Positions 39,612-48,847 of a stretch of 64,000 bases of DNA are shown here, piece after piece. The translations under genes and the position numbers were made by a program. How positions within the stretch are numbered: position 1 is the first letter of the stretch; each line of letters opens with the position of its first letter. The notes under the pieces are model-generated. The model did no database searches and was not told where the DNA came from. It was given only the letters and a program-made list of their open reading frames with translations. The stretch is from Alphaproteobacteria bacterium (GTDB lineage Bacteria > Pseudomonadota > Alphaproteobacteria > Bin95). The stretch spans positions 2,432,001-2,496,000 of the forward strand of contig OZ224045.1 of the NCBI GenBank assembly GCA_963665325.3, written 5' to 3'.

Positions 39612-39644
39612 ATTGCCGTTCGACAAGAATCGCTGCGCTCCGCT

Positions 39645-41705
39645 TCAGTCCAGGGCGGTCCTTTCCGCCTGAGGTGCGCCAGCGGCTGCTATGTCCGACG
39701 AGCCGTCCAGCCTGTGGCGGTACACCGCGGCGCTTTCCAGTACGCGCTGGATGTAGTTGCGAGTTTCGGCGAAGGGCACCAGTTCGATCCAGTCGATGGG
39801 ATCGACCTTGCCGCTGCGCGGGTCGCCATAAGTGCGCAGCCATTCCCCGACGCGGTTCGGCCCGGCATTGTAGGCCGCGAGCGCGAGCGTGCGGTCGCCG
39901 CCAAAGGTCTCGAGCAGTTCCGCCAGATAGGTGCTGCCGAGCGCGATGTTGTAGGCCGGGTCCTCTCGCAGCCGCGAGCGGCTGTAGGCCATGCCGAGTT
40001 CGCGTGAGACCTGCCGCGCGGTGACCGGCATCAGCTGCATCAGGCCCATTGCCCCGGACCGGCTGACCGCCTGCGGGTCCAGCTCGCTTTCCTGCCGTGC
40101 CAAGCCCAGCAGCAACGCCAGTTCCGGCGCGTCGGACACGCGGCCCAAATCGCCTGCGTCGAAGGCCAGGGGATAGGCCTCTGCAATCAGCGGAACGCCG
40201 TTCCGCCATGCCCGCTTCGCCGCTCCGACCGAAATATGCGGTGCCCCGTGTGCCAGCCCCAGTCGGCTGACAAGCAGATGCTCGCCGGGCGTGCGTGCGC
40301 GGCGGCTCAGATGGGTCGCGAAGGTCCGCATGGTCTCGAAATCCCCGGCCTCGCCGAGAATGCGCACTGCCTGCACGAGCGTACGCGCCTCGAATCTTTC
40401 GCGCTCTTCCGGAGCGATGGCCGGCGCCGCGTCCGGCAAACGGCTGTCCACCGAAAGGACTTTGGCGGCCAATTGCCCGTAGAACGTGGTCGGATGGCCG
40501 GCCGCGCGCCGGAACCACTCGGCCGCCAGGTTCGTGTCGCCGGACGCCTTTGCGGCGCGCCCAGACCAGTAGGCGGCGCGGGCGCGGCTGATCGGGAAAC
40601 GCACGCGCTCGTACATCGCCTGGAAGTGCTTCGCGGCGGCTTCGGGCCGGTTCAAAAAACGCAGGGCCAGCCAGCCGGCCAGCCATTCCGCTTCCGAGAA
40701 CGGGCCGCCCGCGGTCTGCCCGTGCCGCGAAGCGATGCTGTAAGCCTCGTCGAACAGGCCGCGCTTTATTGCCTCCCGGATCTGGTAGCTTTGCTCGAAC
40801 CACCATTTGCCGGGGCGGCCGAGTTCCGCCGGCAGGTCGAGGAGCAGTGCCCGTGCGCCGGCGTCCTTGCCCTTGAGCCGGCGCCAGCGGACCCGCTCGA
40901 ACACGAGGCCCGGATGGCTCCGCAGGTCTTGCGGCACCTGCCGGATCGCCCAGTCCACGCCGCGCCGGCGCCCCATCAGCCGAAGCCGCGCCTCCGCAAG
41001 CCGCTGCTCGGCCTTGCCAGCATGCCGGAGCAGGCGCCGGGCCGCGCCGCGGCGCTCGTCCCAGAGCAGCCGGTCGAGCCGGCGGTTATGGTCTTCGGCG
41101 CCGAGCGCTCGCCGGTGCCTCTTCAGGAAGCGCCTTTCCAGGTCCTCTGGAAAATCGCCTTCGATCCAGGCTTCGCGGAGGAGACGGCGACCGGCATCGG
41201 CCTCTCCGTCTGCGACCAGTGCTTCCGCGAGGCGCTGCTTGCCCGGGCCGGTCAGCGGCGGGAAGCGGGCGAACCAGGCGCGCGCGGCCGGGTCCGGATA
41301 TGTCTCCGGCATCAGCTCCTCGGCACGCCGGAGGAGCGTCGCGCGGCCCGGCCAGTCCGGATGGGCTTCCAGAAACGACTCGATTTCAACGAACGATATG
41401 TCGGCATCCAGGCTCCGGAGCCGGTGCCACTCGATCACTGCCGAGGCGAGGGGATGCCCGGCCCGTTCCGCGCCTTGGGCGGCCTGTTCCCACTTGCCGC
41501 GCGCGGCGGCGTCAAGTGCAGCCCGGAACGCCCGCCACTGGGTCTCGTCCAGAATGCCGTTCGCGACCTTCCGCTCGGCATGCGCCACGCTTGGCACGGG
41601 TGGCGGCGGCGCGTCCGAGGCCACCGACGAGCATGCGGTCGAAAGCGCCAGGGCGCAGCCGGCCAGCGCCGCCCCGATTCCCGCCCGGACAAGACCCCCT
41701 CGCAT
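39645..41705 (-). CDS. Soluble lytic murein transglycosylase (Slt70-like)
   Basis: ARQES, GAMGLMQLMP, AAYNAGP and ETRNYIQRV motifs, with a long helical N-domain. Start approximate. Confidence 0.92.
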   Translation of the reverse strand: MRGGLVRAGIGAALAGCALALSTACSSVASDAPPPPVPSVAHAERKVANGILDETQWRAFRAALDAAARGKWEQAAQGAERAGHPLASAVIEWHRLRSLDADISFVEIESFLEAHPDWPGRATLLRRAEELMPETYPDPAARAWFARFPPLTGPGKQRLAEALVADGEADAGRRLLREAWIEGDFPEDLERRFLKRHRRALGAEDHNRRLDRLLWDERRGAARRLLRHAGKAEQRLAEARLRLMGRRRGVDWAIRQVPQDLRSHPGLVFERVRWRRLKGKDAGARALLLDLPAELGRPGKWWFEQSYQIREAIKRGLFDEAYSIASRHGQTAGGPFSEAEWLAGWLALRFLNRPEAAAKHFQAMYERVRFPISRARAAYWSGRAAKASGDTNLAAEWFRRAAGHPTTFYGQLAAKVLSVDSRLPDAAPAIAPEERERFEARTLVQAVRILGEAGDFETMRTFATHLSRRARTPGEHLLVSRLGLAHGAPHISVGAAKRAWRNGVPLIAEAYPLAFDAGDLGRVSDAPELALLLGLARQESELDPQAVSRSGAMGLMQLMPVTARQVSRELGMAYSRSRLREDPAYNIALGSTYLAELLETFGGDRTLALAAYNAGPNRVGEWLRTYGDPRSGKVDPIDWIELVPFAETRNYIQRVLESAAVYRHRLDGSSDIAAAGAPQAERTALD

Positions 41706-41827
41706 TCGCCCAATCCATTCTGCTGCCGGGCTGCGCCGGCGCGAATCGTTCACAGTATGCCGGATACGACATATCGCGGCCGCGCAAAAGGCATCCGCTG
41801 CCAACTGCGGTTAAAAGGAAGTTCCCG

Positions 41828-42421
41828 TCACAGCGGTCGGCGGGCGCGGAGAGCGGTGGTGAGAGTGCCGTCATCCAGATAGTCGAGTGCGCCGCCGACC
41901 GGCACGCCGTGAGCGAGCCGCGTCACGGACACGCCGCAGCCGCTGAGGCGCTCCGCCAGGTAGTGCGCGGTGGTCTGCCCCTCGACGGTGGCGCCGGTCG
42001 CCAGCACCACCTCCGCAATGCCCGGCGCTCCGGCGCGCGCAACGAGGGCGGCGACGCCAAGCTCTTCCGGCCCGACGCCGTCGAGCGCCGAGAGCACCCC
42101 GCCCAGCACATGGTAGCGGCCCCGGAACGCACCTGTCCGCTCCAGCGCCCAGAGGTCGGAGACATCCTCGACGACGCACAGCGCGGACGTGTCGCGCCGC
42201 GGATCGGCGCAGACGCCGCAAGGGTCCGACGTGTCGAGATTACGGCATTCGGAGCAGGCGGCGATGGATTCCGCCGCCGCCTCCAGCACGCGGGCGAGCG
42301 GCATCATCAACCCCTCGCGCCGCTTGACGAGGTGCAGCGCGGCGCGGCGCGCCGACCGGGGGCCGAGCCCCGGCAGGCGGGCGAGCAGGCGGATCAGCGT
42401 CTCCAGATCGCCGGGCGGCAT
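41828..42421 (-). CDS. recR: Recombination mediator RecR
   Basis: [12 protein letters not shown]4 zinc finger, and toprim motifs VVEDVSD and EGQTTA. Confidence 0.96.
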   Translation of the reverse strand: MPPGDLETLIRLLARLPGLGPRSARRAALHLVKRREGLMMPLARVLEAAAESIAACSECRNLDTSDPCGVCADPRRDTSALCVVEDVSDLWALERTGAFRGRYHVLGGVLSALDGVGPEELGVAALVARAGAPGIAEVVLATGATVEGQTTAHYLAERLSGCGVSVTRLAHGVPVGGALDYLDDGTLTTALRARRPL

Positions 42422-42422
42422 G

Positions 42423-42746
42423 TCAGAACGGCAGGCTAAAGCCGGGCGGAAGCTCCAGCCCTCCGGTAAGCCGGCGCATCTCCTCGCGTGCATGGGCCTC
42501 AGCCTTGGTCCGCGCATCGTTGAAGCCGGCCGTAATCAGGTCTTCCATGACTTCCGCCTCGGCCGGGTCGATCAGGCTCGGGTCGATCCTGAGCCCGAGC
42601 AGTTCGCCCTTGGCGTTCATGCGCACTTCGACCATGCCCGCGGCCGCCTTGCCGACGACCTCGTGGGCGGCCAGCGCCTCCTGCATTTCGGCCATCTTTT
42701 CCTGCATTTCCTGGGCCTGCTTCATCATGCTGGCGAGGTTTTTCAT
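42423..42746 (-). CDS. ybaB: YbaB/EbfC nucleoid-associated protein
   Basis: MMKQAQEMQ and EDLITA.FNDA motifs; dnaX-ybaB-recR synteny. Confidence 0.95.
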   Translation of the reverse strand: MKNLASMMKQAQEMQEKMAEMQEALAAHEVVGKAAAGMVEVRMNAKGELLGLRIDPSLIDPAEAEVMEDLITAGFNDARTKAEAHAREEMRRLTGGLELPPGFSLPF

Positions 42747-44584
42747 CGGTCGTCGTCCTGTTCCTCGGGGGCCTCGGGCAGCGCCTCGCCCGGCTGGATC
42801 GGGCGTATATCGGCGATTGCAGCGTCGGGGAAGATTTCCAGCGTCTGCTGTGCAAGCGGGTGTTGCCTGGCGCGCTCGAACAGGTCGCGCCGGGCATCCT
42901 CATGCTGTTCCGCCAGCGTGGCCCCGCCGCCGTCTTCGACCGCGGACACCGTCCAGGGCCGGCCGGTCCAGCGGCTGAGGCGTGCGCCGACATCGGTGGC
43001 GAGCGAAGGCGGGGCTTTCTCGCCCAGCCTGAGCGCAATATGCCCCGGCTCGAAGGAGACGAGATGCGCGTCCCGGACCAGATGCGAATACAGCCGCGGC
43101 TCGCGCCGTTCCTCGAACAACGCCACGACGGCGTTGAAGTCGGGAAGCTCGACAGGCTCTGGAGGCGGCGGAGGCGGCGGAGGCGGCCTCTCCGGCATGT
43201 CTCCGGCCGGCCGGGCGGGCTCCCCGGCCATGGCAGCGGCCAGGTCGTCTTCGGTCGGCGGCGGCGGCTCCGGAGGAGGGGCGGGAGCCGGTGCCGGTTC
43301 GCTTCTCTCCTGCACAGGGGCCGGTGCGGGCGGCGGCCCGCGTCTTTCTTGCACAGGGGCCGGCGCGGGAGGCGGCTCGCTCCTGCGTTGCGGCGTTGGA
43401 GCCGCTGCGACCGGCTCGCCGGAGCGGAGACTTGCAATCGCCTCTGCCGGCGTCGGCAGCCCCGCGGCATAGGCGATGCGCAGCAGCACCATTTCGAAGG
43501 CGGGCTTGGCAGCCGGCGCCGCGTTCACTTCCTGGATGCCTTTCAGCACAAGTTGCCAGACGCGTGTCAGCGCCGGCATGGACAGCGAGTCGGCGAGTTT
43601 GCGCCCGCGCACCCGCTCCGCTTCCGGCAGCGCGGCGTCCTCCGCCTCCGCGGGCAGGACCCTGGCGCGGGTCAGCCGATGCACCAGTTCCGCCATGTCC
43701 TGGAGCACGAGGCCCGGATCGGCGCCCGCCCGGTACATTTCGTCGAATTGGGCGAGCGCGGCCGCCGGCTCGCCGCGCATCAGCGCCTCGAACAGGTCGT
43801 AAATGTCCAGCCGGTCGGCCAGCCCCAACATTTCGTTCACAGCGTCCGCAGCGATCCTGCCGCCGTCAGCCTCCGCGATGGCCTGGTCCAGCATGGAGAG
43901 GCCGTCCCGCACCGAGCCGTCGGCGGCGCGCGCGATCCGCGCCAGCGCTTCCGGCTCGATCTCCGCGCCTTCCTTCGCGACCACGCCCGCGAAATGCGCC
44001 TCCAGCGTCTCGGCCGGAACCCGGCGAAGGTCGAAGCGCTGGCAGCGCGAGAGCACTGTCACCGGAACGGCGCGTATCTGGGTCGTCGCGAAAATGAATT
44101 TCACATGCCCCGGCGGTTCCTCCAGCGTCTTCAGCAGGGCATTGAACGCGCTCCGCGACAGCATGTGCACTTCATCGACGATATAGACCTTGAAACGCGC
44201 CGAGACCGGCCGGTAGCGAACCGCCTCGATGATCTCCCGCACATTGTCCACGCCGGTGTGCGAGGCCGCGTCCATCTCGATGACGTCGACATGTCGGTCG
44301 GCGGCAATAGCCGTGCAGGCCTCGCAGACCCCGCAAGGCTCCTCCGCGGGCGCCTCCCATTTGCCGTCCGGGCCGAGGCAGTTCAGCGCGCTGGCCAGGA
44401 TCCGCGCCGTCGTCGTCTTGCCGACCCCCCGCACGCCCGTGAGCATGAAGGCATGAGCGATCCTGCCGGCCCGGATCGCATTGGTGAGTATGCGCACCAG
44501 CGCTTCCTGGCCGATCAGGTCGCCGAAGGCGGCGGGCCGGTATTTGCGGGCCAGCACCCGGTAGGCGGCGGGAGTCTCGCTCAT
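42743..44584 (-). CDS. dnaX: DNA polymerase III subunit gamma/tau
   Basis: LARKYRP, GVRGVGKTT, DEVHMLS and SRCQRF motifs; Pro-rich linker. Confidence 0.97.
   Translation of the reverse strand: MSETPAAYRVLARKYRPAAFGDLIGQEALVRILTNAIRAGRIAHAFMLTGVRGVGKTTTARILASALNCLGPDGKWEAPAEEPCGVCEACTAIAADRHVDVIEMDAASHTGVDNVREIIEAVRYRPVSARFKVYIVDEVHMLSRSAFNALLKTLEEPPGHVKFIFATTQIRAVPVTVLSRCQRFDLRRVPAETLEAHFAGVVAKEGAEIEPEALARIARAADGSVRDGLSMLDQAIAEADGGRIAADAVNEMLGLADRLDIYDLFEALMRGEPAAALAQFDEMYRAGADPGLVLQDMAELVHRLTRARVLPAEAEDAALPEAERVRGRKLADSLSMPALTRVWQLVLKGIQEVNAAPAAKPAFEMVLLRIAYAAGLPTPAEAIASLRSGEPVAAAPTPQRRSEPPPAPAPVQERRGPPPAPAPVQERSEPAPAPAPPPEPPPPTEDDLAAAMAGEPARPAGDMPERPPPPPPPPPEPVELPDFNAVVALFEERREPRLYSHLVRDAHLVSFEPGHIALRLGEKAPPSLATDVGARLSRWTGRPWTVSAVEDGGGATLAEQHEDARRDLFERARQHPLAQQTLEIFPDAAIADIRPIQPGEALPEAPEEQDDDR
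43275..43391 (-). repeat. Three ~39-bp tandem units in the dnaX Pro-rich linker
   Basis: QRRSEPPPAPAPV / QERRGPPPAPAPV / QERSEPAPAPAPP; TGCACAGGGGCCGG occurs at 43311 and 43350. Confidence 0.75.
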
Positions 44585-44644
44585 CGCCAGCAGTCTAGCG
44601 CGGCCGGTGCCGGTGGAAACGCGCGAACTTTCGCAGGGGATAGC

Positions 44645-44739
44645 AGAGACCGGCAGGCGACCCGGACCGGAAACTCGTTACGGCTGCTTCCTTCCGGACC
44701 TGACCGGGTTGGCGAGGGGTCCGCCCGCCGCCGGTCTCC
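44645..44739 (-). ncRNA. ffs: Signal recognition particle 4.5S RNA
   Basis: The minus strand contains TCAGGTCCGGAAGGAAGCAGC (domain IV), closed by the terminal stem GAGACCGGC/GCCGGTCTC; usual position upstream of dnaX. Confidence 0.95.
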
Positions 44740-44766
44740 GCCGCTTCTATAGCAGCGTGGCCGCTC

Positions 44767-45645
44767 TCAGGCCAGCGAGAAGAACGCCCCGAGGCGCTCT
44801 GCGGTCTCCTCCGGCTTCTCCTCCGGCAGGAAATGGCCGCAATCGAGGCCCTCGCCCTCCACCCGGTCTGCCCAGAGGCGCCAGATTTCGAGCACCGAAT
44901 CGCGCTTGTGCGGACGCCCGGCCGCGCCCCAGAGTGCCAGCAGCGGCGCGGCGATGCGCCGTCCCGCCTCGCGGTCGGCGGCGTCGAGCTCGCAATCGAT
45001 GGTAGCGCCGGCGCGGTAGTCGTCGCAGGTTGCGCGGATCGTCTCGGGCTCGCGGAAGGCGGCCAGATAGTCTGCCATCGCGGCCTCGGCGAAGCAGTCC
45101 GTGCCCGACCACCGCCCCGTCATGCTCTGCAGAAACCAGTCCGGGTCGCGCCCGATCATCGTCTCCGGGAAAGGCGTCGGCTGGGCGAGGAAAAACCAGT
45201 GGAAGGAGTCCAGGCTTCCGCGTTGCCCCTGGCGCTCGAACTGTTCCAGGGTCGGTACGATGTCGAGCACGGCCAGGCGGACGACGCGATCCGGATGATC
45301 GAGCGCCAGGCGGTAGGCGACACGGCCGCCCCGGTCATGCCCCGCCAGATGGAACCGCTCATGGCCGAGCCGCTCCATGACGCGCACCATGTCGGCCGCC
45401 ATGGCCCGCTTGGAATAGGGACGGTTCTCCGCGTCGTTCGCAGGCTTCCCGCTCCGGCCGTAGCCGCGCATGTCGGGGCAGACAACTGTGAAGTGCTCCG
45501 CCAGCCGGGGCGCTACCTCATGCCAGATGACGTGGGTCTGCGGATAGCCGTGCAGCAGGAGCACGGGCGGACCGCTGCCGCCGGTGCGCAGATGGATCGG
45601 GACCCCGTCACCCTCTACCCGGCGCTCCTCGAAGCCCTCGAACAT
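44767..45645 (-). CDS. Haloacetate (fluoroacetate) dehalogenase-like alpha/beta hydrolase
   Basis: LLHGYPQT, YSKR.MA.D, GHDRGGRV, FHWFF, DYRAGA and CGHF.PEE motifs. Confidence 0.85.
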   Translation of the reverse strand: MFEGFEERRVEGDGVPIHLRTGGSGPPVLLLHGYPQTHVIWHEVAPRLAEHFTVVCPDMRGYGRSGKPANDAENRPYSKRAMAADMVRVMERLGHERFHLAGHDRGGRVAYRLALDHPDRVVRLAVLDIVPTLEQFERQGQRGSLDSFHWFFLAQPTPFPETMIGRDPDWFLQSMTGRWSGTDCFAEAAMADYLAAFREPETIRATCDDYRAGATIDCELDAADREAGRRIAAPLLALWGAAGRPHKRDSVLEIWRLWADRVEGEGLDCGHFLPEEKPEETAERLGAFFSLA

Positions 45646-45673
45646 CGGCAAAAATCCAGCTTGGACAAGGGGA

Positions 45674-45750
45674 TGGTGGGTCCGACAAGACTTGAACTTG
45701 TGACCTCCGCCATGTCAAGACGGCGCTCTAACCGACTGAGCTACGGACCC
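45674..45750 (-). tRNA. tRNA-Val (GAC)
   Basis: GGGTCCGTAGCTCAGTCGGTTAGAGCG CCGTC-TT-GAC-AT-GGCGG AGGTCACAAGTTCAAGTCTTGTCGGACCCACCA; 77 nt with encoded CCA. Confidence 0.97.
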
Positions 45751-45838
45751 CCAAGAAGGCGCGCACCCTAACGACCTGCGCGCGCGCGCGCAAGCGGGGC
45801 GGGCGGTAGCCTGTTGCTGCCGGAGCGGTGCAGGCGGT

Positions 45839-46264
45839 TCATTGCGACCACGGGTTGAAGACCGGTGCACCGGTCCTGAGAAAATCGGCCTCGTTGCGGG
45901 TGCAGACGGTCAGGGAATGCAGGCGCGCAGTTGCGGCGATAAACAGGTCCGGCTGGCTGAACGTGATCCCCTTTTTCTTTCCCTCTGCAACCATGCGCCG
46001 CCACTCCAGAATCACATCTTCGTCCACGGGCAGGATGCGGTCCACGAACCAGGGTCTCAAGCGGCGCTCCAGCCAGTTTTCGAGTTCGGCACGGAAGGCA
46101 CGATCTGTTTGGAGCGCAACTCCATATCGGATTTCGGCCAGGGTCACGGTGCTGAGGAAAAGGGCATTCGCCGGTTGCGCGTCGGCCCAGGCCTTTACGC
46201 CTCGGTCGGGTCGCGTCTTGCGAAGCTCCGAGACAATATTGGTGTCGAGCAGCCATCCGGTCAC
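45839..46264 (-). CDS. vapC: VapC/PIN-domain toxin
   Basis: WLLDTNIVSE, STVTLAEI, DLFIAATA and TRNEADF motifs. Confidence 0.92.
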   Translation of the reverse strand: MTGWLLDTNIVSELRKTRPDRGVKAWADAQPANALFLSTVTLAEIRYGVALQTDRAFRAELENWLERRLRPWFVDRILPVDEDVILEWRRMVAEGKKKGITFSQPDLFIAATARLHSLTVCTRNEADFLRTGAPVFNPWSQ

Positions 46265-46539
46265 AAATCGACCTCGCGAACCGGGCTGCGTACCCCCTCG
46301 TGGCCGAAATCGAGCCGGTTCAATGGCGAAGACGACAGGAGCTCGTGCAGGCCGGCCCCTTCGCCCAATGCCTGAAGCCGCTGAAACTCGCCAACCGAGA
46401 GAATGACAGCCGTATCCCTGCCATGCACGGTAACCCGCTGCGGCTGGCCGGAGGCTGCCAAACGAACGACCTTGCTGAATTGCGCTTTGGCGTCTCCCAG
46501 CCTCCAGCCGGGGAGCGCCGCATAGTCGAATTCGGTCAT
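46261..46539 (-). CDS. Phd/YefM-family antitoxin
   Basis: W.L.DAKAQFSKVV...GQPQRVTVHGR; GTGA coupling to vapC. Confidence 0.88.
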   Translation of the reverse strand: MTEFDYAALPGWRLGDAKAQFSKVVRLAASGQPQRVTVHGRDTAVILSVGEFQRLQALGEGAGLHELLSSSPLNRLDFGHEGVRSPVREVDL

Positions 46540-46560
46540 GGTGTGCTCCATATCGTGAAT

Positions 46561-46585
46561 TGGACTAATGTGACCAAAATAGTCA
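46561..46585. promoter_or_regulatory. Candidate autoregulatory operator of the TA operon
   Basis: TGGACTAATGTGACCAAAATAGTCA contains a GACTA...TAGTC inverted repeat just upstream of the antitoxin. Confidence 0.45.
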
Positions 46586-46660
46586 GCACTGGAGCGAGCG
46601 GCAAGGACAGGCTTGCGAATTAACCGCATTGGTTTCGGTTTCGCGCTATATGCTGCCCCC

Positions 46661-47368
46661 ATGCGTTTGGATCGTCTCACCTGGCCTGAGGTCGGGGCCT
46701 ATCTCGACCGAGCGAACGGTATCCTGCTGCCGGTCGGCTCGACGGAGCAGCACGGGCCGAACGGGCCGCTCGGCACGGATGCGCTTTGCCCGGAAGCCGT
46801 GGCGCAGGTGGCGGCGGAGCGCCTCGGCATCCTCGTTGCGCCTACGCTCGCGCTTGGCGTCGCGCCCTACCACATGGCCTTTCCGGGCACGATCACGCTC
46901 ACGCCCGAGACCTTCCGGGCGGTGCTGCGGGAGACCGTCGGCTCGCTCGCCCGGCACGGCTTCGCCCATGTCTATGTGCTGAACGGTCACGGCGGCAACA
47001 TCCCCTTCATCCGCGAGGTCCTGAAGGAGCTGGAGGCTCCGCGCTGCAGGCTGCACAGCTGGTTCGCCGGGCCGCGCGTGCGCGCGCTTGCCAAGGAGCT
47101 TTACGGCAAGGCCGAGGGGATGCACGCCACGCCGTCCGAGATCGCGCTTGCCTGGCACTATGCCCCGGAGACCCGGCGCGAGGGCGTGGCCATGACGCCG
47201 AAATGCGCGCCGGGCGGCTTCGAGAAGGAACCGGACGCCTACCGTGCGCGGTTCCCGGACGGCCGCATCGGCTCCGACGCCTCGCTCGCCCGCGCCGAGG
47301 ACGGCGCGAGGCTGCTGGAAGCGGCCGTCGGGGATGTCGTCGAGGATTACAGCGCCTTCATCGCGTAA
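46661..47368 (+). CDS. Creatininase family amidohydrolase
   Basis: PVGSTEQHGP..P.GTD, HMAFPGT, NGHGGN and HA..SE motifs. Confidence 0.9.
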   Translation: MRLDRLTWPEVGAYLDRANGILLPVGSTEQHGPNGPLGTDALCPEAVAQVAAERLGILVAPTLALGVAPYHMAFPGTITLTPETFRAVLRETVGSLARHGFAHVYVLNGHGGNIPFIREVLKELEAPRCRLHSWFAGPRVRALAKELYGKAEGMHATPSEIALAWHYAPETRREGVAMTPKCAPGGFEKEPDAYRARFPDGRIGSDASLARAEDGARLLEAAVGDVVEDYSAFIA

Positions 47369-48548
47369 TCGTTCCTTCGGCTGCCAGCGCGTCGATCTCC
47401 TCCTCGCGGAAACCGGCTTCGGCCAGGATTTCGCCCGTCTGCTCGCCGACGGCCGGGGGCTGGCGGCGGAGGCCGAAATCGTGGACGCCGATCTCGACGG
47501 GCAGGCGCGGCAGGCGCGTGGCCGGGCCGCCCGGAAGCTGCACGTCCATCAGCCGCCCTTCATGGTTGAGCTGTGGGTCGTCGAACAGGTCCACCGGCTT
47601 CGCAACGGGCGAGAAGGGCACCGAGATCTCCTCCAGAATGGCCGTCATCTCCGCGAGCGTGCGCGCCTTGACGGTCTCCGCGATGCGGGCGGCGATCCGG
47701 TCTCCCTCGACCACGCGGCTCTCATTGGTGGCGTTGCGAGGGTCGGCAAGCTCGTCCGCCCAGCCGAAATGCCCGCACCATGAGCGCCAGTGGTTGTCGC
47801 TGGTGATACCGATGAAGACCTGCTCGCCGTCGCCGGTCTCGAAGGTCTCGTAGATCGCCCAGGCGCGTGCGCGGGCCGGCATGGGCTGCGGCTCGCGCCC
47901 GGTGGCGCTGATGCCGGCCATGTGCTGCGACATGAGGAAGGCGGTCGATTCGAACAGCGCCGACTTCACGAACTGCCCCCTGCCGGTCGTCTCGCGCTCC
48001 TTCAGCGCGCAGAGGATGCCGATGACCGCGTAGCTGCCGCCCATGATGTCTATGATCGAGGTGCCGGCGCGCAGCGGCCGGCCGGGCGGACCGGTCATGT
48101 AGGCGAGGCCAGCCATGAATTGCACCACCTCGTCGAGCGCCGGCCGGTTTTCGTAGGGCCCGGAAAGGAAGCCCTTGAGCGAGGCGAAGATGAGGTGCGG
48201 ATTGATCCCGCTCAGTGTCTCCCAACCGCAGCCGAGCCGCTCCATGGTGCCGGGCGCGTAATTCTCGATCACGACATCGGCGCCGGCGGCCAGCCGGTGG
48301 ACGACCTCCCGGCCGCGGTCAGACTTGAGATCGACGGCGAGCGAGCGCTTGTTGCGGTTGAAGCCGCCGAAGAAGCCGGCGGCGAAGCCCGGCAGGCGGC
48401 GGGTCTTGTCGCCGTCCGGCGCGGGCTCGACCTTGATGACGTCTGCGCCGAGATCGGCGAGCACGAGGCCGCAGCTCGGCCCCATGATCGTCTGGCAGAA
48501 CTCCAGCACCCGGATGCCGGCGAGCGGGAGCGAGGCGTTTTCGGTCAT
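47358..48548 (-). CDS. CaiB/BaiF class III CoA-transferase
   Basis: LADLGADVIKVE, NRNKRSLAVDLK, ENYAPG and the catalytic D in SIIDIMGG. Confidence 0.92.
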   Translation of the reverse strand: MTENASLPLAGIRVLEFCQTIMGPSCGLVLADLGADVIKVEPAPDGDKTRRLPGFAAGFFGGFNRNKRSLAVDLKSDRGREVVHRLAAGADVVIENYAPGTMERLGCGWETLSGINPHLIFASLKGFLSGPYENRPALDEVVQFMAGLAYMTGPPGRPLRAGTSIIDIMGGSYAVIGILCALKERETTGRGQFVKSALFESTAFLMSQHMAGISATGREPQPMPARARAWAIYETFETGDGEQVFIGITSDNHWRSWCGHFGWADELADPRNATNESRVVEGDRIAARIAETVKARTLAEMTAILEEISVPFSPVAKPVDLFDDPQLNHEGRLMDVQLPGGPATRLPRLPVEIGVHDFGLRRQPPAVGEQTGEILAEAGFREEEIDALAAEGTITR

Positions 48549-48665
48549 CGGTCGCGAAACCTGTGCCTTGGGAATTGGAGCGCAGACTATGGGCCATTCG
48601 CACCCCGGCCGCGACGGGGCCATTTGTCCGTCGGAGAAGGTCGCGAAGCAGCAGCGGTGAACGAT

Positions 48666-48696
48666 ATCCATTCATGGCGTGAATGGATTTCATTCA
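48666..48696. promoter_or_regulatory. Overlapping palindromes in a divergent promoter; candidate TetR-type operator
   Basis: ATCCATTCA-tggcg-TGAATGGAT overlapping TGAATG-gattt-CATTCA. Confidence 0.45.
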
Positions 48697-48847
48697 TTCG
48701 GGCCGTCAATCTCGGGTGTGTTCCGGTGTCGACAGCGCTGGGCACAGCTGCCGCACTCTTGTCAGGGCGTGTCGCCGGAGCAATGCTGCGCTATCCGTTT
48801 CGGAAGAGCCGGCCCTTCCCGATGATTGCATATGCCTGCGACAGCCC

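Noticed and set aside
45674-46600. tRNA-targeted genomic island carrying vapBC
   Set aside because: No integrase or duplicated tRNA 3' end was seen, and the TA pair lies on the 5' side of the tRNA.
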